This document shows, piece by piece, positions 29,901 through 39,402 of a DNA stretch of 64,000 nt. A program made the position numbers and the translations under genes. The DNA is from an uncultured Verrucomicrobiota bacterium (GTDB taxonomy: Bacteria > Verrucomicrobiota > Kiritimatiellia > CAIKKV01 > CAITUY01): contig CAZTAJ010000007.1 in NCBI GenBank assembly GCA_964611575.1, forward strand, positions 1,847 to 65,846, in the 5' to 3' direction. The notes below the pieces were generated by a model. That model did no database searches, had not been told where the DNA came from, and saw only the letters and a list, made by a program, of their open reading frames with translations. Each line of letters opens with the position of its first letter. Within the stretch, counting starts at the first letter, position 1.

Positions 29901-30989
29901 GTTGCGGGGATTGATGGCCAATGCCGCCTTCACCGCCCGTTCGGCGGTCGCCACATCGGCCCGAACCAGGGCCTCGGCCACGCCTCGGATCATCTCGGCA
30001 CGATGAAAGGGCCTGAGGCGGAATGCAAAAAAAGCCGTCACCGACCCAACGATGGCCACCGCCAGCACTGGCCGCCACCAGAGAAACACCATCCGCCAAA
30101 AGACCGGCCATCGTTTGAGTTTCTCCTCCCATTCACCAACGTCGTCATTGATCTCGTGCAAGATCCGCCGCCGTTGCCGCCAGCGAATCGCCTGCCGAGC
30201 CAATACCGCATCAAGATAGATCAACACCACCCCGATGACCATGAAGACACCCATCGTGTCGTGGAGCACCTTGGCGTTCCACTCTGCCGGCCGGTCGGTG
30301 CCAAACCACACAATGCCCGAAATGCGCAGCACGTTGAGCAGAACCACCTGGACCATCCCGATCCCCAACAACCATGCCACGTTCACCCAGCGGAAGCGCA
30401 TCAGCAATGCCACCCCGAGCCCGCAAAAGAACACCGTGGTGGCCGTCTTCATGCCGCTACAAGACTCGGGCACGCCGAACACGCGTACCCCGGAGCGCAG
30501 AAAGAGTCCATCACCCCACACCCGCATGTTCAAGGATTGCAGCAGGTACTCGCTGAGTTTGACGGAGACCTTCTGCATTCCCAATTGCAGGGGGCCAAAT
30601 ACCTGACTGGGCATTGGGTGGATCCAATAGAGGATGAACAGGCCCAGCGCCACATCACGAACATACCGCCCCGGCAGCGCCCACGCCAGGCACGCGAACA
30701 GGACCAGCAGCATCCCCAACCACTCAAGTTGATGGATGGGCACAACGATGCCGACAACCACCGCCATCAGTCCAGCCACCGCCAAACCGGCAAGCCGGCC
30801 GGCCGGCAGCATCACTTCACGCTCGCCCCGCGGTTTCGGGCGTGCCGCCAGCAAGACCGCAAACAAGACGCCCAGCGTGATTGAAGTCGTGCCGCCGGGA
30901 CCGCCCGCCAAGCGGGTGAGGTTGGCCGCCAGCCAGACGGCCGCCAGCATCATGGAGGCCAGAAGGACCACGCGTTTCGAGGCAGGCAT
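26991..30989 (-). CDS. Exosortase family protein fused to a long TPR-like helical region
   Basis: Multi-TM N-terminus with VPESCSG, LNVLRI and VLHD (Cys/Arg/His triad), then about 1000 aa of TPR-like repeats (e.g. LGDAYFQRGQPDQA, ILNNLVYAL). Start set just after the upstream stop. Confidence 0.85.
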   Translation of the reverse strand: MPASKRVVLLASMMLAAVWLAANLTRLAGGPGGTTSITLGVLFAVLLAARPKPRGEREVMLPAGRLAGLAVAGLMAVVVGIVVPIHQLEWLGMLLVLFACLAWALPGRYVRDVALGLFILYWIHPMPSQVFGPLQLGMQKVSVKLSEYLLQSLNMRVWGDGLFLRSGVRVFGVPESCSGMKTATTVFFCGLGVALLMRFRWVNVAWLLGIGMVQVVLLNVLRISGIVWFGTDRPAEWNAKVLHDTMGVFMVIGVVLIYLDAVLARQAIRWRQRRRILHEINDDVGEWEEKLKRWPVFWRMVFLWWRPVLAVAIVGSVTAFFAFRLRPFHRAEMIRGVAEALVRADVATAERAVKAALAINPRNEALHTDMATILFERRRLDEALAYVRRRPVEARSLGDRVLEARALMELKRFDEARAVMNGLPAETRGWPGVAMVMAEFMAMLDKPDEVSPALIKASYGIGLLDRIRSLFPYLAARELWETISKVDPDMPYANPLHGVIAATARIRMNDFDGAANVLRRAMVRKDMDRLFLTPLVAVWVAKREAEWESRVETVLREHLDTFTAAELSQVMEGAFKAGRADLGWRAYGRLRRGFPGDPDLVIAPTQFAAAWFSFRQTYLGLATQGGGGVVDSRAFLATVGNLAPWRRLWAAIPEASELQTQPGSGERQRRLRECLTILETLERAGKLEPRMESVYVQILGELKRWDEAHAKLDQFEKTHPLRRRVYKLQHAALYRTQGLTESAYEAFSDYSRDESHPSLTVRLDMAAVVLTLDMGPYAMGILDDAARMFPASDELMELTAVTLGYFGLAEEALHKIGQMKVPADPAIRLRFLMATGRIKEGDKLAGSERLTALQLPRRQTELLPPAERVIQWRGGVLAEADYERERLAMPARQSVFLARIRALKDAWYRERGAGATSDPAAWQSAGRDAGEQATALNELTILLARQSGRQKEALAVARRAVALRPGWIALRRIEVALSGGDPEIVEQAYKACPWDGNLWLAALIARVNSRKDEAGAAAMVNQAIAARDRAPGTLVVASDFLLRKGMGEVASAAAREAIARGQGLLPAYVMGLACAIKSKDMVWAARCARDGAEQALEPWPFYKIIVGLKSKDVKPDADVIRALVGLQAQYPNEGVWDERLGDAYFQRGQPDQAMDVLEDALRRTGTKQPPRIRTYLIASEAARLEGNATKAVRVLEGARKDYPDDPNILNNLVYALAQDPATIGKAVALLPDLLKAGGGGFAVYDTAAVVALRSGDLKAAGDYAAKAVNLVKQGDYAWHEVYLNAAEAQIRLGRYREARQNLDLVRQSAERSPATETRVRALLDEILRRERE

Positions 30990-30996
30990 GCGCGTA

Positions 30997-32559
30997 TTAG
31001 AAGTCATGCTGGTATGTGAGCGTAGCGCCCACCGTGTCACGTTCGAAATCCAAGGAAGCGTCGGCACCCGATTGCACCAGATGCTCCGCGTAATAGAACG
31101 CAGCCAGGTTGTCGGTGAAACGCTGGGTAAGTCCTACATTGACCGCCCACGTGGTGTAGTCTTGGGAGATGAACACCTGGTCGGCGTTCACGTCGCCTGT
31201 GGCGACTTCCCCATTATTGCGCACCGTATGAGCCACATTGGCGACCGCCGTCACGTTGCGCGACAATACGCGCGTCATCCCCAACTGGTTGAGCCAGTCG
31301 CTGTACTCCGACACCATGGCAAGGCGGGGCTGCACCGTCTCGTACAACGTCAAGTATGACCACGACCACGTATTGTTGTGCCACTCGATCGCATACCGGT
31401 ACTGGTCGATGATCTCAAGCCCCGCCTCGAAGCCCCCCTCCTGCCGGCGCGAGTAACCCATCGAGTGCGCCGTCCGATCTGTCAGCATGGACCGCAGCGA
31501 GGCAAGCCCAATCACGGAATCCGAACTGCCATCCTGTTCGTAAGGCCCGGGGTCGACCAGACTGGCCGACGAATAACCGCCGCCGAGGTTAAGCGTGGTG
31601 TTCTCGCTGAGATCGGCGCCGATAAAGCCCAGATAGTCCTGCTGGAATTGGTTTCCACGCAACGATTCATCGAACTCCCGCCAGGTGAAATCGGCCCGGG
31701 CACCGACCATGAAAACGGGGTTGACTTGATTCTGATATACGAGCGAATGCCGGGTGACGGTGCTGCGCGCCTGGTTGAGATCGTTGTCCTGCGGCCAGGT
31801 ATCCAGACGCATGAAGGAATACGCAAGCTCCTGACCCTTGGCCAGGAGCCAGTCAAGGTCGAGCCCCAGCGTATTCTGGAAGTAGCGGTACTTGTCACCC
31901 CTCAGGTTGTCGCTGCGCCCGCGGCGGTCCACATAGTCGGCCGTGTACGACGGGGTGTCGTAAAGGCGGGCCCGGACAAACTTGGTAATGTCGAACTCGG
32001 TTGACAAGGTGGCGGAAACATCCGCCCCCTTGCTCCCATCGCTCCGTGTGTAGGCATTGGCCGTCACATTGCGACCGTTGAAACTGCCCGCCGCACCGTC
32101 GCGCGTTACACTCATGGTAAAAGCGCCCATGCGGGCCGTCATGCCTTCACTCACAATGTTCACGTCCAACTGGTCATCCTCGGTGCCCGCGGGAAAGTAG
32201 CTGTACGAGATGTTGACCGACAGATCGAGGTCCATGTACTTGTTGATCAGCAGGTAGTTCTGCATGTTCAACGTCGAGACCATCGGAAATTCGAGACCAT
32301 CCTCGCGTGTCCGGCCCAGGCGGCCCTCTTCCAGCGTGGTAGCACCCGCTCCCGAGGTGCGCGTGTAACGCACGCCCACGGACTGCGCAAACGCCCAATC
32401 AGAATAGAAACTGCCGAACCGTATGTTGGCGTTGTCGGGAATGACCAGGTCACGGTAGTTGTCGAACCGGAGCATTTGACCCCGCGCCGCCCCTGGCGCC
32501 AGGCTGAGCACACACACACCCGTCAATATGGTCAGAACCCGACAGGGCGATCGACTCAT
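30997..32559 (-). CDS. Outer-membrane beta-barrel protein of the exosortase/EPS locus
   Basis: Signal peptide, alternating aromatic beta-strands and C-terminal LTYQHDF. Confidence 0.75.
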   Translation of the reverse strand: MSRSPCRVLTILTGVCVLSLAPGAARGQMLRFDNYRDLVIPDNANIRFGSFYSDWAFAQSVGVRYTRTSGAGATTLEEGRLGRTREDGLEFPMVSTLNMQNYLLINKYMDLDLSVNISYSYFPAGTEDDQLDVNIVSEGMTARMGAFTMSVTRDGAAGSFNGRNVTANAYTRSDGSKGADVSATLSTEFDITKFVRARLYDTPSYTADYVDRRGRSDNLRGDKYRYFQNTLGLDLDWLLAKGQELAYSFMRLDTWPQDNDLNQARSTVTRHSLVYQNQVNPVFMVGARADFTWREFDESLRGNQFQQDYLGFIGADLSENTTLNLGGGYSSASLVDPGPYEQDGSSDSVIGLASLRSMLTDRTAHSMGYSRRQEGGFEAGLEIIDQYRYAIEWHNNTWSWSYLTLYETVQPRLAMVSEYSDWLNQLGMTRVLSRNVTAVANVAHTVRNNGEVATGDVNADQVFISQDYTTWAVNVGLTQRFTDNLAAFYYAEHLVQSGADASLDFERDTVGATLTYQHDF

Positions 32560-32689
32560 GCTGCGTCTCCGGTCGCTGAGTTTACAAAGCCGCAAACGCA
32601 GCCGCCTGAGGCGGAACCGCATCGCAGCACTATGTGCCACACAATTACACGGGCCGCAGGTCTGCGCAAGCAAAATGCCCGCACCCCGT

Positions 32690-34285
32690 TCAGGGCTTTC
32701 GAACAAAGATCTCGAGCGTCGTCTCTCCCTGGCCAAACGGCCTCACCTTTCCCGCAGGCGCATAGCGCTCAGTCAAGGCGTCACGCAGGCGGCGCTGCGC
32801 TTCGGGGTCAAGTTCCGTGACCGCCGGTGCGGCTACCGCCAGGCCATACCCGCTGATGGCCGCCACCTGTGCCGGGGCGGAGCGCAGCAGGGCTTCCAGT
32901 AGTTCGCGGTTCATGACGCGGCGACGCAGCGCCGTCGGCGTATCGAGCGCCGGATAATAGCTGAATGGCCCAAGTTCCAGGCCGCGCGGGACATGCAGTC
33001 CCGCCTCCACCGCCAGGTAGGTGTCCTCGGTCAGCAACAGGTCACTGTCACCTGACAGGGCCTTTGCCCGGGCGGCCGTCTCGCGCAGCACCTGGAGGTG
33101 CGGCTTCTCGCGCAACCGCCACCAGATCCGGTCACGCCCACTCACGAACCAGGATTGGTTGACAGGCGAGGACCATGCTGCGGCCATGGAGAGCAGGAGG
33201 ATCACGACCACCGTCCACCGTTCCGCCCGCCCGCCCGGCACAACACCGACCACCCCTGTCGCCAGCGCCATGGCCGCCAGGGGAACCAGAATCACCTGGT
33301 AGTCTTCATAGGGGACGGATGCCGTGAGATGCAGGGCGGTCACCCCGAGAATCCCCGCCCACGCCGTCCGGTTCAGCCAGACGCCCCCATCCGCGATGGA
33401 GGGGGTGTCGTCCCGCCGGGTCATCCACCAGGCAACACCGACGCCCAGCGCTACCCCCGCCATGACGAAATAGTTCTGCACCAGGCGCGAGATGAACCCG
33501 GCCCGGTAGACCAGCCACGTCACCAGATCGTCGGCTCGGCGACCGGTGTGGTATTCGAACACGCCAAACAGGAAATTCTCCGGCGCCAGCCAGAGGAATG
33601 GCAGCACCAGCACGGCACCGACAATCCCCGCCCCCACCACCAGACGTCCCCAGTCGCCCGGTCGGCGCTTCCGCACACACCACAACCCGACGACAGCCGC
33701 CGGGATCATCAGCACGGCCGAAAGCCGTGTCGCCGCACCGAGCGCCAACGCGACTCCCGCCAGATAGGCCGCCCACCGCCCGAGCCGGTCGCGTTCGATC
33801 GTCAGCAGGGCAAACCCCGCCATGATGAACAGACCACACAAGGCATAGGTCTTGACGATGGTCGTAAAGTAGCTGTGGTAGGCATTCAAGGCCACCAGCG
33901 CAAAAGCCAGCAGCGCCGCCGGCCGGCGCCGGGCCACAGGCGCCACGCGGGCGGCCGCCACCGCCGCCAACAGGGCGCCGCCAAACCCCAGCAGCGCCGT
34001 AAACAGCCGCCCGCCGGCCAGCCCCCAGCGCGCCACCAGCGGCCAAGCCAGCGCATAGGTGAACGCCATGGCGGGCGGTTGCGTGTGAGCGAAATCCAGA
34101 TAGGGCAACTGCCCCTCAGCGACCAGCCGACTGGCATACAGATACCAGCCCTCATCCTGGTTTAACTCCCCAAACACCAGGTTGCAGACATAGAGGATCG
34201 ACGCCACCCCGGCAACCGCGATCCACCACCAGCCGAGAACGGCGCCGGTGAAGGAAGATTCCGATGATGCACGCTCCACAGCCAA
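32690..34285 (-). CDS. GT-C fold membrane glycosyltransferase (ArnT/PMT-like)
   Basis: LNQDEGWY first-loop motif, PYLDF..QPP, and many TM helices. Confidence 0.75.
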   Translation of the reverse strand: MAVERASSESSFTGAVLGWWWIAVAGVASILYVCNLVFGELNQDEGWYLYASRLVAEGQLPYLDFAHTQPPAMAFTYALAWPLVARWGLAGGRLFTALLGFGGALLAAVAAARVAPVARRRPAALLAFALVALNAYHSYFTTIVKTYALCGLFIMAGFALLTIERDRLGRWAAYLAGVALALGAATRLSAVLMIPAAVVGLWCVRKRRPGDWGRLVVGAGIVGAVLVLPFLWLAPENFLFGVFEYHTGRRADDLVTWLVYRAGFISRLVQNYFVMAGVALGVGVAWWMTRRDDTPSIADGGVWLNRTAWAGILGVTALHLTASVPYEDYQVILVPLAAMALATGVVGVVPGGRAERWTVVVILLLSMAAAWSSPVNQSWFVSGRDRIWWRLREKPHLQVLRETAARAKALSGDSDLLLTEDTYLAVEAGLHVPRGLELGPFSYYPALDTPTALRRRVMNRELLEALLRSAPAQVAAISGYGLAVAAPAVTELDPEAQRRLRDALTERYAPAGKVRPFGQGETTLEIFVRKP

Positions 34286-34300
34286 GACAAGCCTCCCCCA

Positions 34301-34879
34301 TCAGGAACCGGGATGCTCGATCGCCTGACCGGCCGCACACAGAGGGCAGGCGGTCGGCGGATAGGTCACGGGTTCCATGCGCAGCAGGCTGACCGTGGGG
34401 CACCTGAAACCCGCCTTGCCCCCGCTCCGATCGACCAGCACAGCTACCGCCGCCACCCGGCCGCCGCGGCTCTCAACAATGTCGATGGTCTCCTGCACGC
34501 GACCACCGCGCGTGATCACATCTTCCGCCACGACGAATGAAGCGCCCTGGGCAATCGCAAACCCCCGCCGCAGCACCAGCTTCCCGTCCTGCTTTTCGGC
34601 AAAGATCGAGCGCACGTCCAATGCCTTGGCCACCTCGTGCCCCACGTACAGCCCGCCCATGGCCGGGGCAATCACCCCGTCTGCCTTGAAGCCGGCTCCC
34701 AGTTGCCCCTTCATCTTGTCGACCAGCGCCTGGCAAAGTTGCGCGGCGATGCGCGGATGCTGGAGAACCTGCGCACACTGGAAAAACTGGTCGCTGTGCA
34801 ATCCCGATCGCAACTCGAAATGGCCCTTGAGCAATGCCCGCGTGTCGAGGAAAACCTGAAGAACCTCATTGTCTGTCAT
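34301..34879 (-). CDS. pyrE: Orotate phosphoribosyltransferase
   Basis: GHFELRSGLHS, AEDVITRGG PRPP loop and VLVDRSGG. Confidence 0.95.
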   Translation of the reverse strand: MTDNEVLQVFLDTRALLKGHFELRSGLHSDQFFQCAQVLQHPRIAAQLCQALVDKMKGQLGAGFKADGVIAPAMGGLYVGHEVAKALDVRSIFAEKQDGKLVLRRGFAIAQGASFVVAEDVITRGGRVQETIDIVESRGGRVAAVAVLVDRSGGKAGFRCPTVSLLRMEPVTYPPTACPLCAAGQAIEHPGS

Positions 34880-35002
34880 CGCGCGTTGTCTCCTTGCCCC
34901 GCCCCAGTGGATACAGGTCCGTGAGTCTGCGGCACACCCGACCGACCGTCAAGTCCATCCGCCCCGAGCGCGAGGAAGCTGTGCTCGCCTCCACCCCGTG
35001 CT

Positions 35003-35854
35003 TCACTTCTTCCCGATGGCATCCAGCTTCCCGGGGATGACCAGAATGGCCCGGATCATGTCCACCACAAGATAGTTGAGAACGAAGAGCACGTATCCGA
35101 TCAGGGGCAAGGCGGCGGAACCCAGAACCACCCAGGCCGACAATGAAGCGCCCGCAATCGAGTATTCCTCGTCGCGGAATAGACGGACGATGGCCGCGAG
35201 TATCTCGAAGTCACCCACAATGACTCCGATACCGAACGCGATGGGAATCAGGCGCAGCAGCGCCTTCATCGTGAACGTGAGGACGCCGATGGCTTCTTCG
35301 CCGGCCGTCGAGGCCGGAAGAATGGCGATATTCAACAAAGCGGGGTTCAAACACAGCCACACCACCAACTCGCAGACCACGAAAACCACGATGCCCAGTC
35401 CGAATGAAGAGAGCGAGTCCATTCTGACGGCCGTGTAGGTGCACCCTGCAAGAGCAACCACCCCCAGCAGCAAACTCCAGATCGCCAGGCAGGCCAGGAA
35501 CGCACTCGACGACAACTGGCTCCCCGAAGATCGGATGAGCCCCCGCGACGTGGACGAGAATTTGAAAGCCGCGTATTGCGCCACACCCACACAAGGGATC
35601 CAGACCAGCCCGATCAAAGCGGGAGAAAGCTGATCCCATTTGAAGGCGCCCACGACTCCGTAGATCAGACCCAGACCCGCTGCCATGACGAGCGCATAGT
35701 GGCCAGCCTTCTCAATCCACGACTCCACGGCCTCATATCGCGGCGCCGTCATCACGCGATTAGCCCAGGCCAATACCTGATCGCCCCAACGAACGGCCGT
35801 GAACGCATCCCACTTCCTGGTCCCATGCACTGCCGGTGCGTCATTCAATTCCAT
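35003..35854 (-). CDS. Hypothetical integral membrane protein (about 6 TM)
   Basis: 283 aa hydrophobic ORF with a GGAAGG RBS; no family recognised. Confidence 0.7.
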   Translation of the reverse strand: MELNDAPAVHGTRKWDAFTAVRWGDQVLAWANRVMTAPRYEAVESWIEKAGHYALVMAAGLGLIYGVVGAFKWDQLSPALIGLVWIPCVGVAQYAAFKFSSTSRGLIRSSGSQLSSSAFLACLAIWSLLLGVVALAGCTYTAVRMDSLSSFGLGIVVFVVCELVVWLCLNPALLNIAILPASTAGEEAIGVLTFTMKALLRLIPIAFGIGVIVGDFEILAAIVRLFRDEEYSIAGASLSAWVVLGSAALPLIGYVLFVLNYLVVDMIRAILVIPGKLDAIGKK

Positions 35855-36029
35855 GGCATACCTTCCCTTCTTTACTGGCCCTTAACAAACGAATGGGCTT
35901 TGCCCCGACCCCCATTACCGTGATCTTCACGGTTTTTAGTATGCTCACAGCCCCGCCCCGCCAGCAAGCCAGAAGTCTGAGGCGGCTGACGAGGGGGAAG
36001 CCAGCGGTCGGCAAGGGATATAGTCTGAC

Positions 36030-36554
36030 CTAGAATCCGTACACCTGACGCAACTGACCCACAGTTGGCATTGCGTCATAGTACTCACCCTTTGGCCCGA
36101 CCCACTGCGATCCCACGGAGTGCAGAGTCACAGGCGTAAATGACCCATTTGAGTTCTGTATGTTGATCGTAACCATGGCTGGTCGTGGCTGTTCCACCTG
36201 AACCACGACAGGTTGCTGAACCACTTGGGGTTGCTGGACATAAATGACCCGGGGCTCCTGGTACACAACCTGAACAGGTTGTTGCACATACACCGGTCGA
36301 TCAACCGCCGCCACTATGGCCGCGGCCATGCCGATGCCCAGCAATCCAAAGAACAAATCCCCACGCGCGTTACGATAGCACCCGTAATGCCGACCCCCAT
36401 CATAGTGGCCGCGATAGCTTCGCCCGCCATCGCCATGCCCACCACGATAGTCCCGACCCCGATCGCCGGCCATGGTCACAGACCCCGCCAGCGCGACCGC
36501 CACTAATACACTTCCTATCTTCATGGTTCTGTTCGTCTTCATCACCCTTCCCAC
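36030..36554 (-). CDS. Hypothetical secreted low-complexity protein
   Basis: Signal-like N-terminus, G/R/Y/H-rich segment, hydrophobic helix and Q/P/V-rich linker. Confidence 0.65.
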   Translation of the reverse strand: MGRVMKTNRTMKIGSVLVAVALAGSVTMAGDRGRDYRGGHGDGGRSYRGHYDGGRHYGCYRNARGDLFFGLLGIGMAAAIVAAVDRPVYVQQPVQVVYQEPRVIYVQQPQVVQQPVVVQVEQPRPAMVTINIQNSNGSFTPVTLHSVGSQWVGPKGEYYDAMPTVGQLRQVYGF

Positions 36555-36636
36555 CCTTTCTTCACGGTCTGCAATTCCGGAGAACCCACACCGTCTTGCC
36601 GATACGGTCTTGACGAGCCACTGGCTCTCCCTTCAC

Positions 36637-36695
36637 TTGACAGCATCGCACTTCTCTCATTATAAGAGTATCAGCAATATAACATATATGCTGAT
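36637..36695 (+). promoter_or_regulatory. Putative promoter and palindromic operator upstream of the LysR gene
   Basis: TTGACA (36637)-18 bp-TATAAG (36661), then ATCAGCA-N12-TGCTGAT (36670-36695) in an AT-rich patch. Confidence 0.6.
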
Positions 36696-36731
36696 TCCTT
36701 AGTCATATATCTGCTGCCGCAAGGAGGCCGT

Positions 36732-37658
36732 ATGCCGAGCGAACTGCTGTTTGAAAAGGGAGTCTCCATGAGCCGGCTTCAGACCCTGGTCCGGGTCGCC
36801 GATAAAGGCAGCATCGCCGCCGCCGCCGGTCAGGATGACCTGGTGCGGCAAAGCCAGTTCAGTCACCAACTCAAGGACTTGGAGATCAGTTTCGGACGGA
36901 AGTTGACCGAAAGAAAGGGCCGGACCTTGAGGCTCACCCCCGCGGGGACCCGGCTGGCCACCCTCATGCGAGAACATCTGCTGGCACTATCCCGATTCGC
37001 CGACGAAACGAATGATGAAGCCTTCACGGTCAGGATCGGAGCCGGAGAAAGCACCTTTAACTGGCTTCTGACCCCGAGCTTGTCCAAGGTCGACAACCCA
37101 TCGCGCCGTATTCGCTGGTGTTTTGTGACTCTGCACGCGGAAGACATCAGGGAACGCCTGCTGGATCAACGGCTCGATTTCGGCATTGTCCGCGGCATCC
37201 GCGACACGGCCAGGCTCAAACAGGAGAAACTGGGGACTCTGGAGAACAGGCTGTTCGTCCCCAGGGCTCTGATGCCCGTGCCGCCCCCGTCAGCCTTGGA
37301 CGCGATCACGAGTCTTCCCTTGGCACTCCTGGAGGACGGCTCCAGAACCCGACAGGACATCGAAAACGCATGCGTGAGGCAAAGCCGACAACCTGATCTC
37401 CGCTACGAGTGCAACACCGCGATTCAATTGGCAGCCGTGATTGCGAATGACTTGGCCGCCGGTCCGCTCCCCGAACTGGCACGTCCCCAGTTCGATCGCA
37501 CCAAGGTCTTCGATATCAGTCTGGGCGGTATTCTCAGAAAGGACCCGCCGCTCTGCCTGGCCTGGAACCCACGGACACTGGCCATGAGTTCATCGCTCGA
37601 GACGCTGCGCCAAACCCTCATCCGTGTGCTGTCCACATCGCTGAGGGGGAAGGAATGA
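36732..37658 (+). CDS. LysR-family transcriptional regulator
   Basis: GSIAAAA...QSQFSHQLKDLE..FGRKL..R.GR.LRLTPAG HTH; LDFGI substrate domain. Confidence 0.9.
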   Translation: MPSELLFEKGVSMSRLQTLVRVADKGSIAAAAGQDDLVRQSQFSHQLKDLEISFGRKLTERKGRTLRLTPAGTRLATLMREHLLALSRFADETNDEAFTVRIGAGESTFNWLLTPSLSKVDNPSRRIRWCFVTLHAEDIRERLLDQRLDFGIVRGIRDTARLKQEKLGTLENRLFVPRALMPVPPPSALDAITSLPLALLEDGSRTRQDIENACVRQSRQPDLRYECNTAIQLAAVIANDLAAGPLPELARPQFDRTKVFDISLGGILRKDPPLCLAWNPRTLAMSSSLETLRQTLIRVLSTSLRGKE

Positions 37659-37726
37659 AAGAGGAAGGTCATCCTATAACTATTTAGATTTGCAGCCCAT
37701 GCATGGGTTAGCTATAACCTCCCGCC

Positions 37727-39262
37727 ATGCTTGCACGCGTCTACTCGGGAGCCGTCTACGGCGTCGATGCCTACCCGGTTGAAATCGAGGTCAATGCCGG
37801 ACACGGGGATCCGTCCACCGTTATCGTGGGTTTGCCGGATGCCGCCGTCAAGGAAAGCAAGGACCGTGTTCACACCGCCCTTGTCAACTCGGGCTTCAAG
37901 CCCCACGTCGGCAGGACCACCATCAACCTTGCCCCGGCCGATATCCGCAAGGAGGGCCCCAACTTCGACCTGCCGATCGCCATGGGCATCCTGGCCACCC
38001 AGGAGGCCGTGCCCGTGGCACGCCTGGCCGACTACGCCCTGGTGGGCGAACTGGCGCTGAGTGGCGAAGTCCGCCGGGTCAAGGGCGTGCTGCCGATCGC
38101 CATGCGCATGAAGGCCGAGGGTCGGCGTGGGTTTCTGGTGCCGATGGACAATGCCGACGAGGCCGCCGTGGTTGAGGGATTGAACGTCTACCCCGTCGGC
38201 AACCTGCGTGAAGCCGCGGACTTTCTGGCCGGACGGGCACCTCTCCAGCCGTATGCCGTCGATGTCGATCGCGTCTTCGCGACACAGGGCGAACACGAGG
38301 ATGATTTCTCGGACGTCAAGGGCCAGCACCACGCCAAGCGGGCGATCGAAATTGCCGTCACGGGAGGGCACAATATTCTGATGATTGGCCCGCCAGGGAC
38401 CGGCAAGACCATGCTTGCACGCCGACTGGCCTCGGTATTGCCGCCGCTGTCAATCGAGGAGGCGCTGGAGGCAACCCGTGTGCACAGCATCGCAGGCACG
38501 TTGCCCGCCCACCAGGCTTTGGTCGCACGGCGACCGTTCCGGGCGCCCCACCACACGATCTCGGATGCCGGCCTGCTGGGAGGCGGTGCCCACCCCATGC
38601 CGGGTGAAGTGAGCCTCGCCCATCGCGGCGTGCTGTTCCTGGACGAATTGCCGGAGTTCCATCGCAATGTCCTGGAAGTACTGCGGCAGCCGTTGGAGGA
38701 TGGGACCGTCACCATCTCGCGGGCCGCCGCCACAGTGACCTTTCCCTGTCAGTTCATGCTCGTGGCCGCCATGAACCCTTGTGCCTGCGGGTACTTCGGG
38801 GACCCCAAACGCGACTGTCGCTGCACCCCCACCCAGATCCAGGGTTACCGCAACCGTCTATCCGGGCCGCTGCTCGACCGCATCGATCTGCATGTCGAAG
38901 TGCCGGCCATCCGCTACCAGGATCTGGCCGCCGCCGCACCCGGCGAGCCGTCTGCCGCCATCCGCCAGCGGGTGATTGCCGCGCGCCGCCTCCAGCAGGA
39001 CCGGTTTCGAACCCTCCGCCGCGTCCACAACAACGCCGGCATGCGGACCCGGGACATCCAGAAATGGTGCGGGCTCAGTTCGGATGCGCAAGACGTCCTC
39101 AAGCAAGCCATCACCATGCTGAACTTCAGCGCGCGGGCCTATGACCGCATCCTCAAGGTCGCACGGACGATCGCCGATCTGGCCGGCGTCGAGACCATCG
39201 ACCCGCGTCATGTGTCCGAGGCTATCCAATACCGCGCCCTGGACCGAAACCTCTGGGTGTAG
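37727..39262 (+). CDS. comM: ComM/YifB Mg-chelatase-like AAA+ ATPase, intact
   Basis: [41 protein letters not shown] and SGPLLDRID. Confidence 0.95.
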   Translation: MLARVYSGAVYGVDAYPVEIEVNAGHGDPSTVIVGLPDAAVKESKDRVHTALVNSGFKPHVGRTTINLAPADIRKEGPNFDLPIAMGILATQEAVPVARLADYALVGELALSGEVRRVKGVLPIAMRMKAEGRRGFLVPMDNADEAAVVEGLNVYPVGNLREAADFLAGRAPLQPYAVDVDRVFATQGEHEDDFSDVKGQHHAKRAIEIAVTGGHNILMIGPPGTGKTMLARRLASVLPPLSIEEALEATRVHSIAGTLPAHQALVARRPFRAPHHTISDAGLLGGGAHPMPGEVSLAHRGVLFLDELPEFHRNVLEVLRQPLEDGTVTISRAAATVTFPCQFMLVAAMNPCACGYFGDPKRDCRCTPTQIQGYRNRLSGPLLDRIDLHVEVPAIRYQDLAAAAPGEPSAAIRQRVIAARRLQQDRFRTLRRVHNNAGMRTRDIQKWCGLSSDAQDVLKQAITMLNFSARAYDRILKVARTIADLAGVETIDPRHVSEAIQYRALDRNLWV

Positions 39263-39402
39263 AGTCAACGCGCTTCAAGCGGCGGGCAGCAGCGAGCGTC
39301 ATCGGAGTGACGTTAATACGACCTTGCGGGACAGATGATAGATTTGTAGCATGACAGCATCGTCGCGATTCACCCTGCACCGGTTGCGCGAACGGAGTTG
39401 GC

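Noticed and set aside
37665-37720. AT-rich patch with two CTATAAC copies, considered as a dif site
   Set aside because: No XerD arm (TTATGTTAAAT-like); more likely the comM promoter region.
37727-39262. comM as an integration hotspot
   Set aside because: The ORF is full length and uninterrupted; no integrase or att-like repeats were seen.
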